Below are positions 25,254 to 33,844 of a stretch of DNA of 64,000 nt, piece after piece. Numbering within the stretch: position 1 is the first letter of the stretch; the number at the start of each line of letters is the position of its first letter. A program made the translations under genes and the position numbers. Source of the stretch: a virus; the IMG/VR virus record IMGVR_UViG_3300011443_000002, positions 3,316 to 67,315 of that record; one strand, given 5' to 3'. The notes under the pieces are model-generated. The model saw only the letters and a program-made list of their open reading frames with translations. It made no database searches and had not been told where the DNA came from.

Positions 25254-25402
25254 ACAATAGGTTCACCAGCTTTGTGTCCTTCTGGACAGTAGCTATCTTC
25301 ATCGAGATTGTGATGTTCTTTCTTGACGTCTATGTCTGGTTTAGATGGCAGGGAGCACGTGGTCAGTTCTATTTCAAGCGATTCCTCAAGGTGAGAGCAT
25401 GA
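25250..25402 (+). CDS. 50-aa single-TM peptide (below ORF-track cutoff)
   Basis: MNNRFTSFVSFWTVAIFIEIVMFFLDVYVWFRWQGARGQFYFKRFLKVRA; ATGA overlaps on both sides. Confidence 0.6.
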   Translation: MNNRFTSFVSFWTVAIFIEIVMFFLDVYVWFRWQGARGQFYFKRFLKVRA

Positions 25403-27504
25403 AAGTCTTCGTAAAGCCTCAGGAGGGACTCTCGCGCGCGATGGATCGTGTGGCCAGAGGTCTGACCGAAGATCAGGCTGTGACCGTCGTGGACCACGAA
25501 GAAGATGCAGATTTCGTGCTCATTCACGCGATCGGATTTCCCGAGACCGTTGCAGCCGTCAATCGTTGCCATGCACGTGGACAGCTTGTCGGCATCGCTC
25601 AGTATTGCCTTCGCACCACGCAGAAGCCGAACACGAAGGATTGGCTTCCGGTGTGGCAGAAGGCTGGACTCGTGTGGTCGTATTACGACATTCCTGCACT
25701 CTGCGAAGAGGATGGAGTCAAGGCCGAAGGCTTCGTGTTCTACCACTCGCCGCTCGGTTGTGAGCCAGCGATCTTCTACCCAAGCAACAACGGCAAGACA
25801 TACAAGATCGCAACATCTGGATATGTCGCTGCAACCGAATGTGTGATGGAGGCAAACATTGCCGTCACTAAACTTCGCAAGCGACAGTTTCATCTTGGTC
25901 CAGATAATCTCGGACTCACACGTGCAGCGGATTGTCGGCTCAACATTCCTGATGCTGAACTTGCCTCCCTTCTTGGCCAGTGTGAATTCGTGGCTGGTCT
26001 GAGACGTGTTGAAGGCTTTGAACTTCCTGCTGTGGAAGGTCTCTTCTGTGGAGCACGGCCGATCGTGTTTGATCGACCGCACTATCGGCACTGGTTTGGA
26101 GAGCTTGCGGAATACATTCCGGAACGTGAGCCTCATGCCGTCGTCGCTGATCTGATGGACGTCCTGTCGAAGCCTGCACGTCCGGTGACGGCTGCTGAGA
26201 GGCAGCAGGCGACCAGACTGTTTAGTTGGCCCGCTGTGGCTGCTGGCCTATGGTCGGCAGTGTCGGCCATGCCAAAGGCCGATCGCCTGTCCAGGCCAAT
26301 CAAGGCCAGCCGACGGCCACGGCTGCTGTATGTAGGGGACGCTGCCGTTGCCAGTGGTTTCGCTCGAGCCGCTCATCGAGGCATTCTCGCGGACGTGCAC
26401 AAGACGTTCGACGTCACGTGTCTCGGGATCAACTACATTGGCGATCCGCACACGTTTCCATATCGAATCTATCCGTGTCACGACTACTTCGGTGGCGATG
26501 CCTTCGGCACGTATCGCATGCCGAAGTTGGTGCAGAAGATTAAGCCGGAGCTTGCGATCATCCAGCAGGATCCGTGGAACTTTCCACCTTACTTTCACAG
26601 CATGGAGAAGTCCGAAGTCTCTGTGCCTGTGATTGGTGCTGTGGCTGTTGATGCTCTCAACTGTCGTGGCAAGTGTCTGAACAATCTCGTGACGGCTTCG
26701 TTCTGGACGGAGTTTGGCCGTGCAGAAGCGGAGAAAGGTGGATACGAAGGTCCATCGCAGGTGATTCCGCTCGGTGTGGATCTGGACATCTATCATCCGA
26801 TGGATCGTCATGATGCTCGTGTGATGCTTGGCATCCCGAAGGACTACTGCGAAGTCTTCATTGTTGGTAACGTCAATCGGAACCAGCCACGCAAGCGTCT
26901 GGATTTGACGATCGCGAACTTCGCCGAGTGGGTCAAGGCATACGGCATCAAAGACGCTTACCTGTATCTGCACGTGGCTCCGACAGGTGATCGTGGATAC
27001 GACGTCAAACAATTGATGGCGTATTACGGAGTGCTCGATCGTTTGATTCTTGCGGAGCCTGAATTGGGACAGGGTATGTCGGAGAAGATGCTGTCGGCGA
27101 CGTATGCAGCCTTCGACGTCCAGGTTTCAACGACACAGGGAGAAGGTTGGGGACTCACGACGATGGAAGGCATGGCCTGTGGAGTGCCACAGATCGTGCC
27201 GAAATGGTCTGCTCTCGGTGAGTGGGCTGCACCAGCCGCTCGTCTCGTGCCTTGCATCCGCGAAAACATCGTGACGGACAGCAACATCAACACGATCGGC
27301 GGAGTGGCATCGTCCCTCGCCTTCGTGGAGGCACTGCACGAAACTTACAGCGATGAGAGCCTCCGCAACGACATGCGGACTCGAGGTCTCGAGCTTGTGG
27401 CACGATCGGAATATCGGTGGGAGAGCATCGCCGCTCGGTGGCTGTCCCTCGTGTCTGAGACGTATGAAAGTCTTCAGACGAAGGCTCTCAAGGTGGCTGT
27501 CTAA
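25399..27504 (+). CDS. Tandem GT-B (GT4-like) glycosyltransferase, 701 aa
   Basis: Two catalytic motifs, EGFELPAVEGLFCG and EGWGLTTMEGMACG; VGNVNRNQPRKR. Confidence 0.92.
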   Translation: MKVFVKPQEGLSRAMDRVARGLTEDQAVTVVDHEEDADFVLIHAIGFPETVAAVNRCHARGQLVGIAQYCLRTTQKPNTKDWLPVWQKAGLVWSYYDIPALCEEDGVKAEGFVFYHSPLGCEPAIFYPSNNGKTYKIATSGYVAATECVMEANIAVTKLRKRQFHLGPDNLGLTRAADCRLNIPDAELASLLGQCEFVAGLRRVEGFELPAVEGLFCGARPIVFDRPHYRHWFGELAEYIPEREPHAVVADLMDVLSKPARPVTAAERQQATRLFSWPAVAAGLWSAVSAMPKADRLSRPIKASRRPRLLYVGDAAVASGFARAAHRGILADVHKTFDVTCLGINYIGDPHTFPYRIYPCHDYFGGDAFGTYRMPKLVQKIKPELAIIQQDPWNFPPYFHSMEKSEVSVPVIGAVAVDALNCRGKCLNNLVTASFWTEFGRAEAEKGGYEGPSQVIPLGVDLDIYHPMDRHDARVMLGIPKDYCEVFIVGNVNRNQPRKRLDLTIANFAEWVKAYGIKDAYLYLHVAPTGDRGYDVKQLMAYYGVLDRLILAEPELGQGMSEKMLSATYAAFDVQVSTTQGEGWGLTTMEGMACGVPQIVPKWSALGEWAAPAARLVPCIRENIVTDSNINTIGGVASSLAFVEALHETYSDESLRNDMRTRGLELVARSEYRWESIAARWLSLVSETYESLQTKALKVAV

Positions 27505-27902
27505 TGGCGTTCTCAATTAAGTTTGACGACCGTCAAGGCATCCGGCGCAAGCTCCAGAAGATGATGCAGGACACGCCAAGAGAAGTGAGCAAGGCTGTCC
27601 GCATGGAGGCAGAGATCGAAGCCACGGAATCCAAGCGTCGGACTCCGGTGGATCTCGGCAATCTCAAGGCGAGCATCCACGTGGAAGGTCCAGAGATTTC
27701 AGGCAATCAGATCAGCGCGACGATCGCTGCTGGTGGTCCGGCGGCTCCATATGCTGTCTACGTTCATGAGGATCTCAGCGCATATCACAAAGTCGGACAG
27801 GCCAAGTTCATCGAGTCCACGTTGAAAGAATCCGCTCCGTTTCTGCCTGCACGTATCGCGAAACGGTTGCGTGATAGTTTGCTGTCGAGAGCAGGACGCT
27901 AA
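27504..27902 (+). CDS. HK97 gp10-like neck protein
   Basis: TPVDLGNLKASI, YAVYVHE, GQAKFIES. Confidence 0.88.
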   Translation: MAFSIKFDDRQGIRRKLQKMMQDTPREVSKAVRMEAEIEATESKRRTPVDLGNLKASIHVEGPEISGNQISATIAAGGPAAPYAVYVHEDLSAYHKVGQAKFIESTLKESAPFLPARIAKRLRDSLLSRAGR

Positions 27903-28309
27903 TGTCTAGATGGCTGTCCATCATGCTGCTGCAAGAGCCGTTCGACATGGGATTAGATCCTCTCGGACGCGGTCGTTGCGGCTTCAATTTCATCGTGGAG
28001 AAGACTCCGTCTGATACGTTCATGGCGGAGACGTTCTCTATTCTTGTTGCTGCGAATGTGGGTGTCGTCGGGACCAACATTTTCGGCTCAACGGCTGTAG
28101 CGATCCCGGAAGGTGATGGACCTTACCTTCTAATGATCGAGACAGGAGGTCCGGGCGGAGTGCGGATCCATAACCAAATTCCTCCAGCGTATCAACGTCC
28201 GGGAGCACAGATCGTGGCGCGTGCTAAGAAGTATGCAAACGCACGAACGATGGCCGTCGCTGCCTATAACGCACTATCGACTGTGTGTAACAGGCCAGTG
28301 ACCGTCTAA
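27902..28309 (+). CDS. Tail terminator-like protein
   Basis: Position; ETGG-G...P-AQIVARA-Y-AR pattern. Confidence 0.75.
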   Translation: MSRWLSIMLLQEPFDMGLDPLGRGRCGFNFIVEKTPSDTFMAETFSILVAANVGVVGTNIFGSTAVAIPEGDGPYLLMIETGGPGGVRIHNQIPPAYQRPGAQIVARAKKYANARTMAVAAYNALSTVCNRPVTV

Positions 28310-28331
28310 CACCGACTCAAGGAGATCAACT

Positions 28332-28793
28332 ATGCCAGAAGGTATTTCAGCACAGGGAACAGTCATCGCCGTCTCGCCTGATCCCGCATGGGTCGGAAGT
28401 GGTGTTACGGCTTTCGTGGACATCGCCGAACTTCGGGAGATCACTCCTCCGGCTCTGACGCGCAACGCGATCGAGACCACGACGCAGAACGAAGACGATG
28501 ACGCGTATGTCGTCGGCATTCGGCGTCACGGTGACATGTCGTTCGATATGAACTTCGTGCCGAGCAACGGCACGCAGGATCATTTGACCGGCCTTCAGAA
28601 GAAGTGGTTCGACGGCAGTCGCAACATCTATCGCATCACGTATCCTCCGATCGCACCTCAGACGACTGGTGCTTCGTGGCTGTTCAGCGGATTCGTGTCT
28701 CAGTTCGCTCCCTCGGCTCCTCTGGATGATCGGCTGAGTGCAGCCGTGACCATCCGGCCGACGGGACGCCACGATTGGGTGGCTGGCGCGTAA
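28332..28793 (+). CDS. Major tail (tube) protein
   Basis: I-PP-LTR-IETT...G-R-G-MSF-MNF-P...W-FSGFVSQF. Confidence 0.9.
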   Translation: MPEGISAQGTVIAVSPDPAWVGSGVTAFVDIAELREITPPALTRNAIETTTQNEDDDAYVVGIRRHGDMSFDMNFVPSNGTQDHLTGLQKKWFDGSRNIYRITYPPIAPQTTGASWLFSGFVSQFAPSAPLDDRLSAAVTIRPTGRHDWVAGA

Positions 28794-28804
28794 TGAGTAA
28801 GACC

Positions 28805-28830
28805 GGGACAGGCCAATTCTGGCCTGTCCC
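28805..28830 (+). terminator. Intrinsic terminator-like hairpin
   Basis: GGGACAGGCCA-ATTC-TGGCCTGTCCC followed by ATTTC. Confidence 0.7.
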
Positions 28831-28850
28831 ATTTCATAGCGGAGACGACA

Positions 28851-29249
28851 ATGAAGTCCGATCAGACTCTGAGCGACGTGGCAGTGAGCACCGAAGAAGA
28901 GACCAATTACCTGTCGGCAGACGACATCTTCAATTCCGAAGACATCGACTACGTTGATGTTGTGATCCCGGAGTGGAAGCGTAACGGTAAGCCTGGAGTC
29001 CTTCGCTTGCGCGCGATGACGGCTGGCGAAGCGATCAAGTTCACCGAAGAACTCAAGGACAATAAGAAGGCTGATTCTTATGTCCGTATTGTTGCAGCCA
29101 CAGCGATCGATCCGAAGACTGGCGAGCGGATCTTCAACGGTGATCTCGCTGTCAAGAAGTTGCTGGCCAAGAAGTCCGGGATCTTCATCCGGCTTCAGAC
29201 CGCTGCCATGAAGCTCAATGAGCTCGGTGGCGACGTAAAAAACGTCTAG
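28851..29249 (+). CDS. Tail assembly chaperone (gpG-like)
   Basis: Between tube and TMP; ends GTA AAA AAC GTC TAG. Confidence 0.88.
   Translation: MKSDQTLSDVAVSTEEETNYLSADDIFNSEDIDYVDVVIPEWKRNGKPGVLRLRAMTAGEAIKFTEELKDNKKADSYVRIVAATAIDPKTGERIFNGDLAVKKLLAKKSGIFIRLQTAAMKLNELGGDVKNV
29237..29243 (+). promoter_or_regulatory. -1 frameshift heptamer A AAA AAC giving gpGT (to 29650)
   Basis: The -1 frame continues RLERGTSRRFAYRLAVKLG into ORF 29294-29650. Confidence 0.88.
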
Positions 29250-29650
29250 AGCGAGGCACCTCAAGGCGATTCGCGTATCGGCTGGCTGTTAAGTTGGGCC
29301 AGCCGAGCGTGAATAAGATGCTTCGCGAAATGACGTGGCGAGAGTTTGAAGAGTGGGTCGAGTTTTTCCGGCGCGAACCGTTTGATGAAACCAGACAAGA
29401 CTATCGGATCGCGCAACTTGTTGCCACTCTGATCAATGTCAACAGGAGTAAGAAGCAGTCCCCTGTTACCGTTGACAAAGTAAGAATCCTCTTCGGCGAC
29501 GAGGAGGAAGTGAAACCGAGACAGACCGTCAAAGAGCAGCAGCAGATCGGCCAGATGTATGCGAACTTCTTCAACGCATTAGAAGAAGAGAAGCAGGCAA
29601 AGAAGGAGCAAGCTCGTGACCGGCGTAAATCTCGGAACACTATTCGCTAA
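29243..29650 (+). CDS. Tail assembly chaperone frameshift extension (gpT-like)
   Basis: MT-REF-EW-EFF--EPF--R-DYR-A pattern. Confidence 0.85.
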   Translation, partial: RLERGTSRRFAYRLAVKLGQPSVNKMLREMTWREFEEWVEFFRREPFDETRQDYRIAQLVATLINVNRSKKQSPVTVDKVRILFGDEEEVKPRQTVKEQQQIGQMYANFFNALEEEKQAKKEQARDRRKSRNTIR

Positions 29651-32600
29651 GCTGCTGCTGGAAGATGATTTTTCAGCAACGTTCAACAAGTATATCCAGC
29701 AGCAGGATGCAGCGGAGAAGAAGACACAGGCTGTCGCCAATGGCTTCAAAGTCGCGGGAGCGGCGATGGCAGCTTTTGGCGCAGCCTCGATCAATGCTGC
29801 AACCGATTTGAATAAGAGTATGGCAAACATTGCCACTCTTATTCCCAACAACCGAAAGCGGATTGACGAACTCAAAGAGTCTGTGCAGGGACTCTCTGTG
29901 GAACTTGGTAAGTCCACGGAGGATCTCTCGAGCGGTCTCTATGAATTGATCTCGTCCCTCGGAGATAGTGCCGACAACGTGAAGATCCTCGAGATCAACG
30001 CGAAGGCGGCTGCTGCTGGTCTTGCCACAACGCAAGACGCGATCAAATTCACTTCTGCCGTCACCAAGACGTATGGCGATACGTCTGCTGAAGCCTTCCA
30101 GAAGGTTTCGGATCTTGGTTTCCAGGCAGTAAATCTCGGTCAGACAACGTTCCCTGAATTGGCCGAGTCTATCGGCCGAGTGGCTCCGCTCGCGAAGGAA
30201 ACTGGCGTCTCCATGGAGGAGATGTTCGCTGTTGTCGCGACAGCCACAGGAGTCACCGGGAACACGAACGAGGTCATGACGCAGATGGCTGCTGCCATCA
30301 CGGCTCTGGTCTCGCCAACAAAAGATCTTCAGGAAACATATGACAAGCTCGGAGTGTCTGGTGGCGAAGCTCTAATCAAACAGAAGGGACTTGTCGGAGC
30401 TTTGCAGGCTGTTGCAAAGGGAGCACGTGAAGCCGATAAGCCTCTGATTGACTTGCTTGGTCGCAAAGAAGCCTGGATCATTGCATCCTCACTTGCTGGT
30501 GCACAGGCTGAAAGTTTTTCACAGAAACTCGAGTCCATGGGGAAGGTTGCTGGTGCAACCGATACAGCGTTCAAGGAACAGACTCAGGGAATTGCTGCTG
30601 CCGCACATCAGTGGGAAGTGTGGAAACAGCAGGTGAATGTTGCGTTGCAGGATACTGGCGACGCGATCCTCAACAGTCTTACTCCTGCCTTGCAGGCTGC
30701 TGTGATCGGCTTCAGCGAGATGGGTGGAAAGGCTATTGCTTCCGCTGGAGATCTTGCACAAGTTGCGATCGCCGCTAAGATGCTTGGTGGCACTCAGGTG
30801 CTCTCGTCTGTCGGTAGTCTTGCATCCAGTCTGACCGGAGTCACAACGGCTGCACAGGCAGCACGATTCGGCCTGATCGGAATTGGTATCGCGATCGCCG
30901 CATGGTCCCTGGTGAAAGTGTATGAGGCTCTGAGTCTCATCAACGACATCAATAACCAGACCAGCGAAGCACTCAAGGATGCTCAGCGCGATCAGCAGAT
31001 GGCTGCTCGTGCTATTGCCGAAGCACACCGAGCCACAGGACTCGAAGTTAAGAATCATGCGGAGGCTCTCGAGATCCTCCGTGCCAAATCCGCAGGCATG
31101 CGTGGCGAGCTTATGACTGGCCAGCAGATGACCGCGAAGATGGCCGAAGCATGGGCCATTGGTGCAAAGGAAACAGGCAAGTATCAGCAGGCTCAGGATC
31201 AGGTGATCATCTCCGTCAATCGGGCGAAGGTTGCCACACAGGAACAGACGGCTGTGCAGAGCACGCTTGTGACCGAGCTTGCACGAGTGAACAAAGAAGT
31301 CGCAAGTCTTACTGGTGCACAGAAAGAGCAGATCGACGCTGGCATGGCGTTGAACATGAACGCGAAGGACATCTTCGAGTCCATGAAGAAACTCCCGAAG
31401 GGAGTGCAGGCTTCTGAGGCAGCAATCCAGGCTTACATCAATAAGGTCAAGGTTGCCACTAAGGGAACAAAAGATCTAGACGAAGAGCTCAAGAAACTCA
31501 CGGACAGTTTCAGCGGTAAGACACTCATTGACGCTGCAAAGAAAACAGCCGATGCCATGGAGAACATGGTCACGGTGACGAAGCGTGAGTGGGACCAGCT
31601 TGCGCCGATCTTTGGCGATGCCATCGAGAAGATGGTCAAGCGTGGAGAAACAAAGACACCGGAATTCAAGCGTCTTTCTGCCTTGTGGCTGAAGGCCATT
31701 GGCGAAACGATGCAGTCCGCTCCATCGGGAGTTGACAATGATCAGTTCTTCCGGAATTTCTTTGGACAGGATCACGTCAACGTCTGGAGTAAGTTCTTCC
31801 AGCGTAGCACTGAGTCCGCGTTCTCACATGCTGTGCAGAACATCACTGGTCCAGCAACATCGGATTGGACCAAGATGTTCTCCGGTCTCGGAGAGACTGC
31901 GAAAGTAAGTGCAGAGCAGTGGGCACCAAACTTCTTGGACGGTCTTATGACGCGTCTGAATACGAAGGAGTTTGGTGAGAAGCTCGGCATGACGTTGATC
32001 GGTGCGTTGCAGAACGGTGCAAACGCTCGGCAGATCGGTGCCAGCATCGGAGGCACGATCGGCACCGAAGTCGGCAAACAAATCGGTGCTCAGGTTGCCA
32101 GCAGCATCGGAGGACTTGCAGGCGGGATCGTCGGTAATGCGGTCATCCCTGTCCTCGGTGGGATCCTCGGATCCATGCTTGGTGCTTACATTGGTGGTCT
32201 GTTTGGTGGAGGCAGTGAAGAGGCAACAGCAGCCAAACAGATGAGGGATCAGATTCTCCAGAACATCGGAGGCAAGGATTCTCTGCAGCGTTTTCAGGAG
32301 CAGGGAGAGCTTGTTGCGAATGCCTTCTTCCAGGGTCTTCGTGCGCCGCACCAGCGTCCCGGAGTCAGTGACGAAGACATCAACACGATTCTGACTTCTA
32401 ACGATCCTGAGAAGATCCAGAACGCTTGGGATCGGATGCAGCCTGTTATTGAGGCTGTGCAGAAGACATTTGAAGGACTGGCTCTCGCGATCACCGGCAC
32501 CAATCGAATCGCAAACGGTCTGAGCCAGAGTCTTACGAAGTCCATGGAGGAGCAGGTCAAGGCGCACGAAGCAGCGCAGAAGGCTATGCTCCAGACGATG

Positions 32601-33842
32601 AAAGAGGCTGGCGCATCGCAGGAAGAGCTCGACAAGAAACAGGCTTATTTCACAGAGGAAAATAAGAACCGAGTCTTCGCTGCAAATGAAGTGCAGATTG
32701 GATCGTTCAATCGGTTGGCCACGATCGCTGGTGCGGACCTTGTCAACTTGGCTGGTCGCACAGGTGATCTTGTTGGCGCACTCATGCAGTTGCAGCCGAC
32801 GTTTGATGTTCTTATCGAAGCTCGAGATAAGTTTGGCCTGACGGACCAGATGTCCGCTGCCACAGCGGAAGTCCTGCACTTCTACGAAGTAGTTAAGAAC
32901 AACGCGGATGTCTTTGACACGGTTGCTGGCGTCGGTCAGGTGTTGACCGGCTTCGGTGAAGCCATGTTGGAGAACACCGAATTGTTCAACGCTCTCGGTG
33001 GAGAGCTTGCGGCGCAAGTCGGGATCCTTCAGGAGCGTGGCGTCGCGACGAATGAAATCTTCGCGATGATGGCTCCACAGTTGCAGGCTCTGTGGGAAGC
33101 GGCGGAGAGTGGCAAGGTCGTCGTTGATGAAACCACTCAGGCACTTCTTGATCAGGCCGAAGCACAGGGAGTCGTTGGCGAAGCACATAAGGATGTCAAC
33201 GAACAGATCCTCTCGGTTCTTACTGAGATCCGTGATCTGTGGGGAGTGAGCATCCCGTCCGCTGTTGACGAGACTGGACGTGCCATCGAACGTGTGGGCC
33301 GACAGAACGCGGTCACAACGAACCAGTCACGTAATGCTGCACATCAGACAGGTGAGGCATGGGAAGCGGCACAGCGTAAGATCACGGAAGATCTTCGCAG
33401 GCAGCAGGAGATCCAGCGCAATGAGACAGAGCGGACTGTCCGTCACGTCTCGCTGGAGCTCAAGAAAATTCCTAATGACTTCCCGATCAATTGTCGGTGG
33501 GTGCCTCCAGGCGATCTGGAATTGCCTCCACCTCCGACATATGAAGTGCCAGTCGAATTTGAAATGCCGGAAGGTCGTCAGCCATGGGATGAAGGCTATT
33601 ACAATCCCAACACAGGCGAGACACATTATCCGGGACGCACTTCCGCGACTGAGCCTACTGTGCCTGATTCGAATCCCTATCAGGCTGCTGGTATGACTGT
33701 GCCTGCTGGTGATATGGAAGGTGGACGCGGAACACAGACGATCATTGTGGAGCGTGATGGTCAGCGAGACCTTCAGTTCACTGCTGAAAATCTGCCGAAC
33801 TACGTTCGTGTTCGTGCTGGTGCCTCGGTGTTGGGAGCTTAG
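29616..33842 (+). CDS. Tape measure protein (TP901-like N-terminus), 1408 aa
   Basis: Ala-rich helical repeats; G-TTF-ELAE-IG-VAP motif; position. Confidence 0.95.
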   Translation: MTGVNLGTLFAKLLLEDDFSATFNKYIQQQDAAEKKTQAVANGFKVAGAAMAAFGAASINAATDLNKSMANIATLIPNNRKRIDELKESVQGLSVELGKSTEDLSSGLYELISSLGDSADNVKILEINAKAAAAGLATTQDAIKFTSAVTKTYGDTSAEAFQKVSDLGFQAVNLGQTTFPELAESIGRVAPLAKETGVSMEEMFAVVATATGVTGNTNEVMTQMAAAITALVSPTKDLQETYDKLGVSGGEALIKQKGLVGALQAVAKGAREADKPLIDLLGRKEAWIIASSLAGAQAESFSQKLESMGKVAGATDTAFKEQTQGIAAAAHQWEVWKQQVNVALQDTGDAILNSLTPALQAAVIGFSEMGGKAIASAGDLAQVAIAAKMLGGTQVLSSVGSLASSLTGVTTAAQAARFGLIGIGIAIAAWSLVKVYEALSLINDINNQTSEALKDAQRDQQMAARAIAEAHRATGLEVKNHAEALEILRAKSAGMRGELMTGQQMTAKMAEAWAIGAKETGKYQQAQDQVIISVNRAKVATQEQTAVQSTLVTELARVNKEVASLTGAQKEQIDAGMALNMNAKDIFESMKKLPKGVQASEAAIQAYINKVKVATKGTKDLDEELKKLTDSFSGKTLIDAAKKTADAMENMVTVTKREWDQLAPIFGDAIEKMVKRGETKTPEFKRLSALWLKAIGETMQSAPSGVDNDQFFRNFFGQDHVNVWSKFFQRSTESAFSHAVQNITGPATSDWTKMFSGLGETAKVSAEQWAPNFLDGLMTRLNTKEFGEKLGMTLIGALQNGANARQIGASIGGTIGTEVGKQIGAQVASSIGGLAGGIVGNAVIPVLGGILGSMLGAYIGGLFGGGSEEATAAKQMRDQILQNIGGKDSLQRFQEQGELVANAFFQGLRAPHQRPGVSDEDINTILTSNDPEKIQNAWDRMQPVIEAVQKTFEGLALAITGTNRIANGLSQSLTKSMEEQVKAHEAAQKAMLQTMKEAGASQEELDKKQAYFTEENKNRVFAANEVQIGSFNRLATIAGADLVNLAGRTGDLVGALMQLQPTFDVLIEARDKFGLTDQMSAATAEVLHFYEVVKNNADVFDTVAGVGQVLTGFGEAMLENTELFNALGGELAAQVGILQERGVATNEIFAMMAPQLQALWEAAESGKVVVDETTQALLDQAEAQGVVGEAHKDVNEQILSVLTEIRDLWGVSIPSAVDETGRAIERVGRQNAVTTNQSRNAAHQTGEAWEAAQRKITEDLRRQQEIQRNETERTVRHVSLELKKIPNDFPINCRWVPPGDLELPPPPTYEVPVEFEMPEGRQPWDEGYYNPNTGETHYPGRTSATEPTVPDSNPYQAAGMTVPAGDMEGGRGTQTIIVERDGQRDLQFTAENLPNYVRVRAGASVLGA

Positions 33843-33844
33843 TC

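Noticed and set aside
23197-27504. Glycosyltransferases as DNA-modifying enzymes
   Set aside because: Not excluded but disfavoured: they are coupled to late structural genes, far from the replication/modification cluster, and candidate protein substrates are present.
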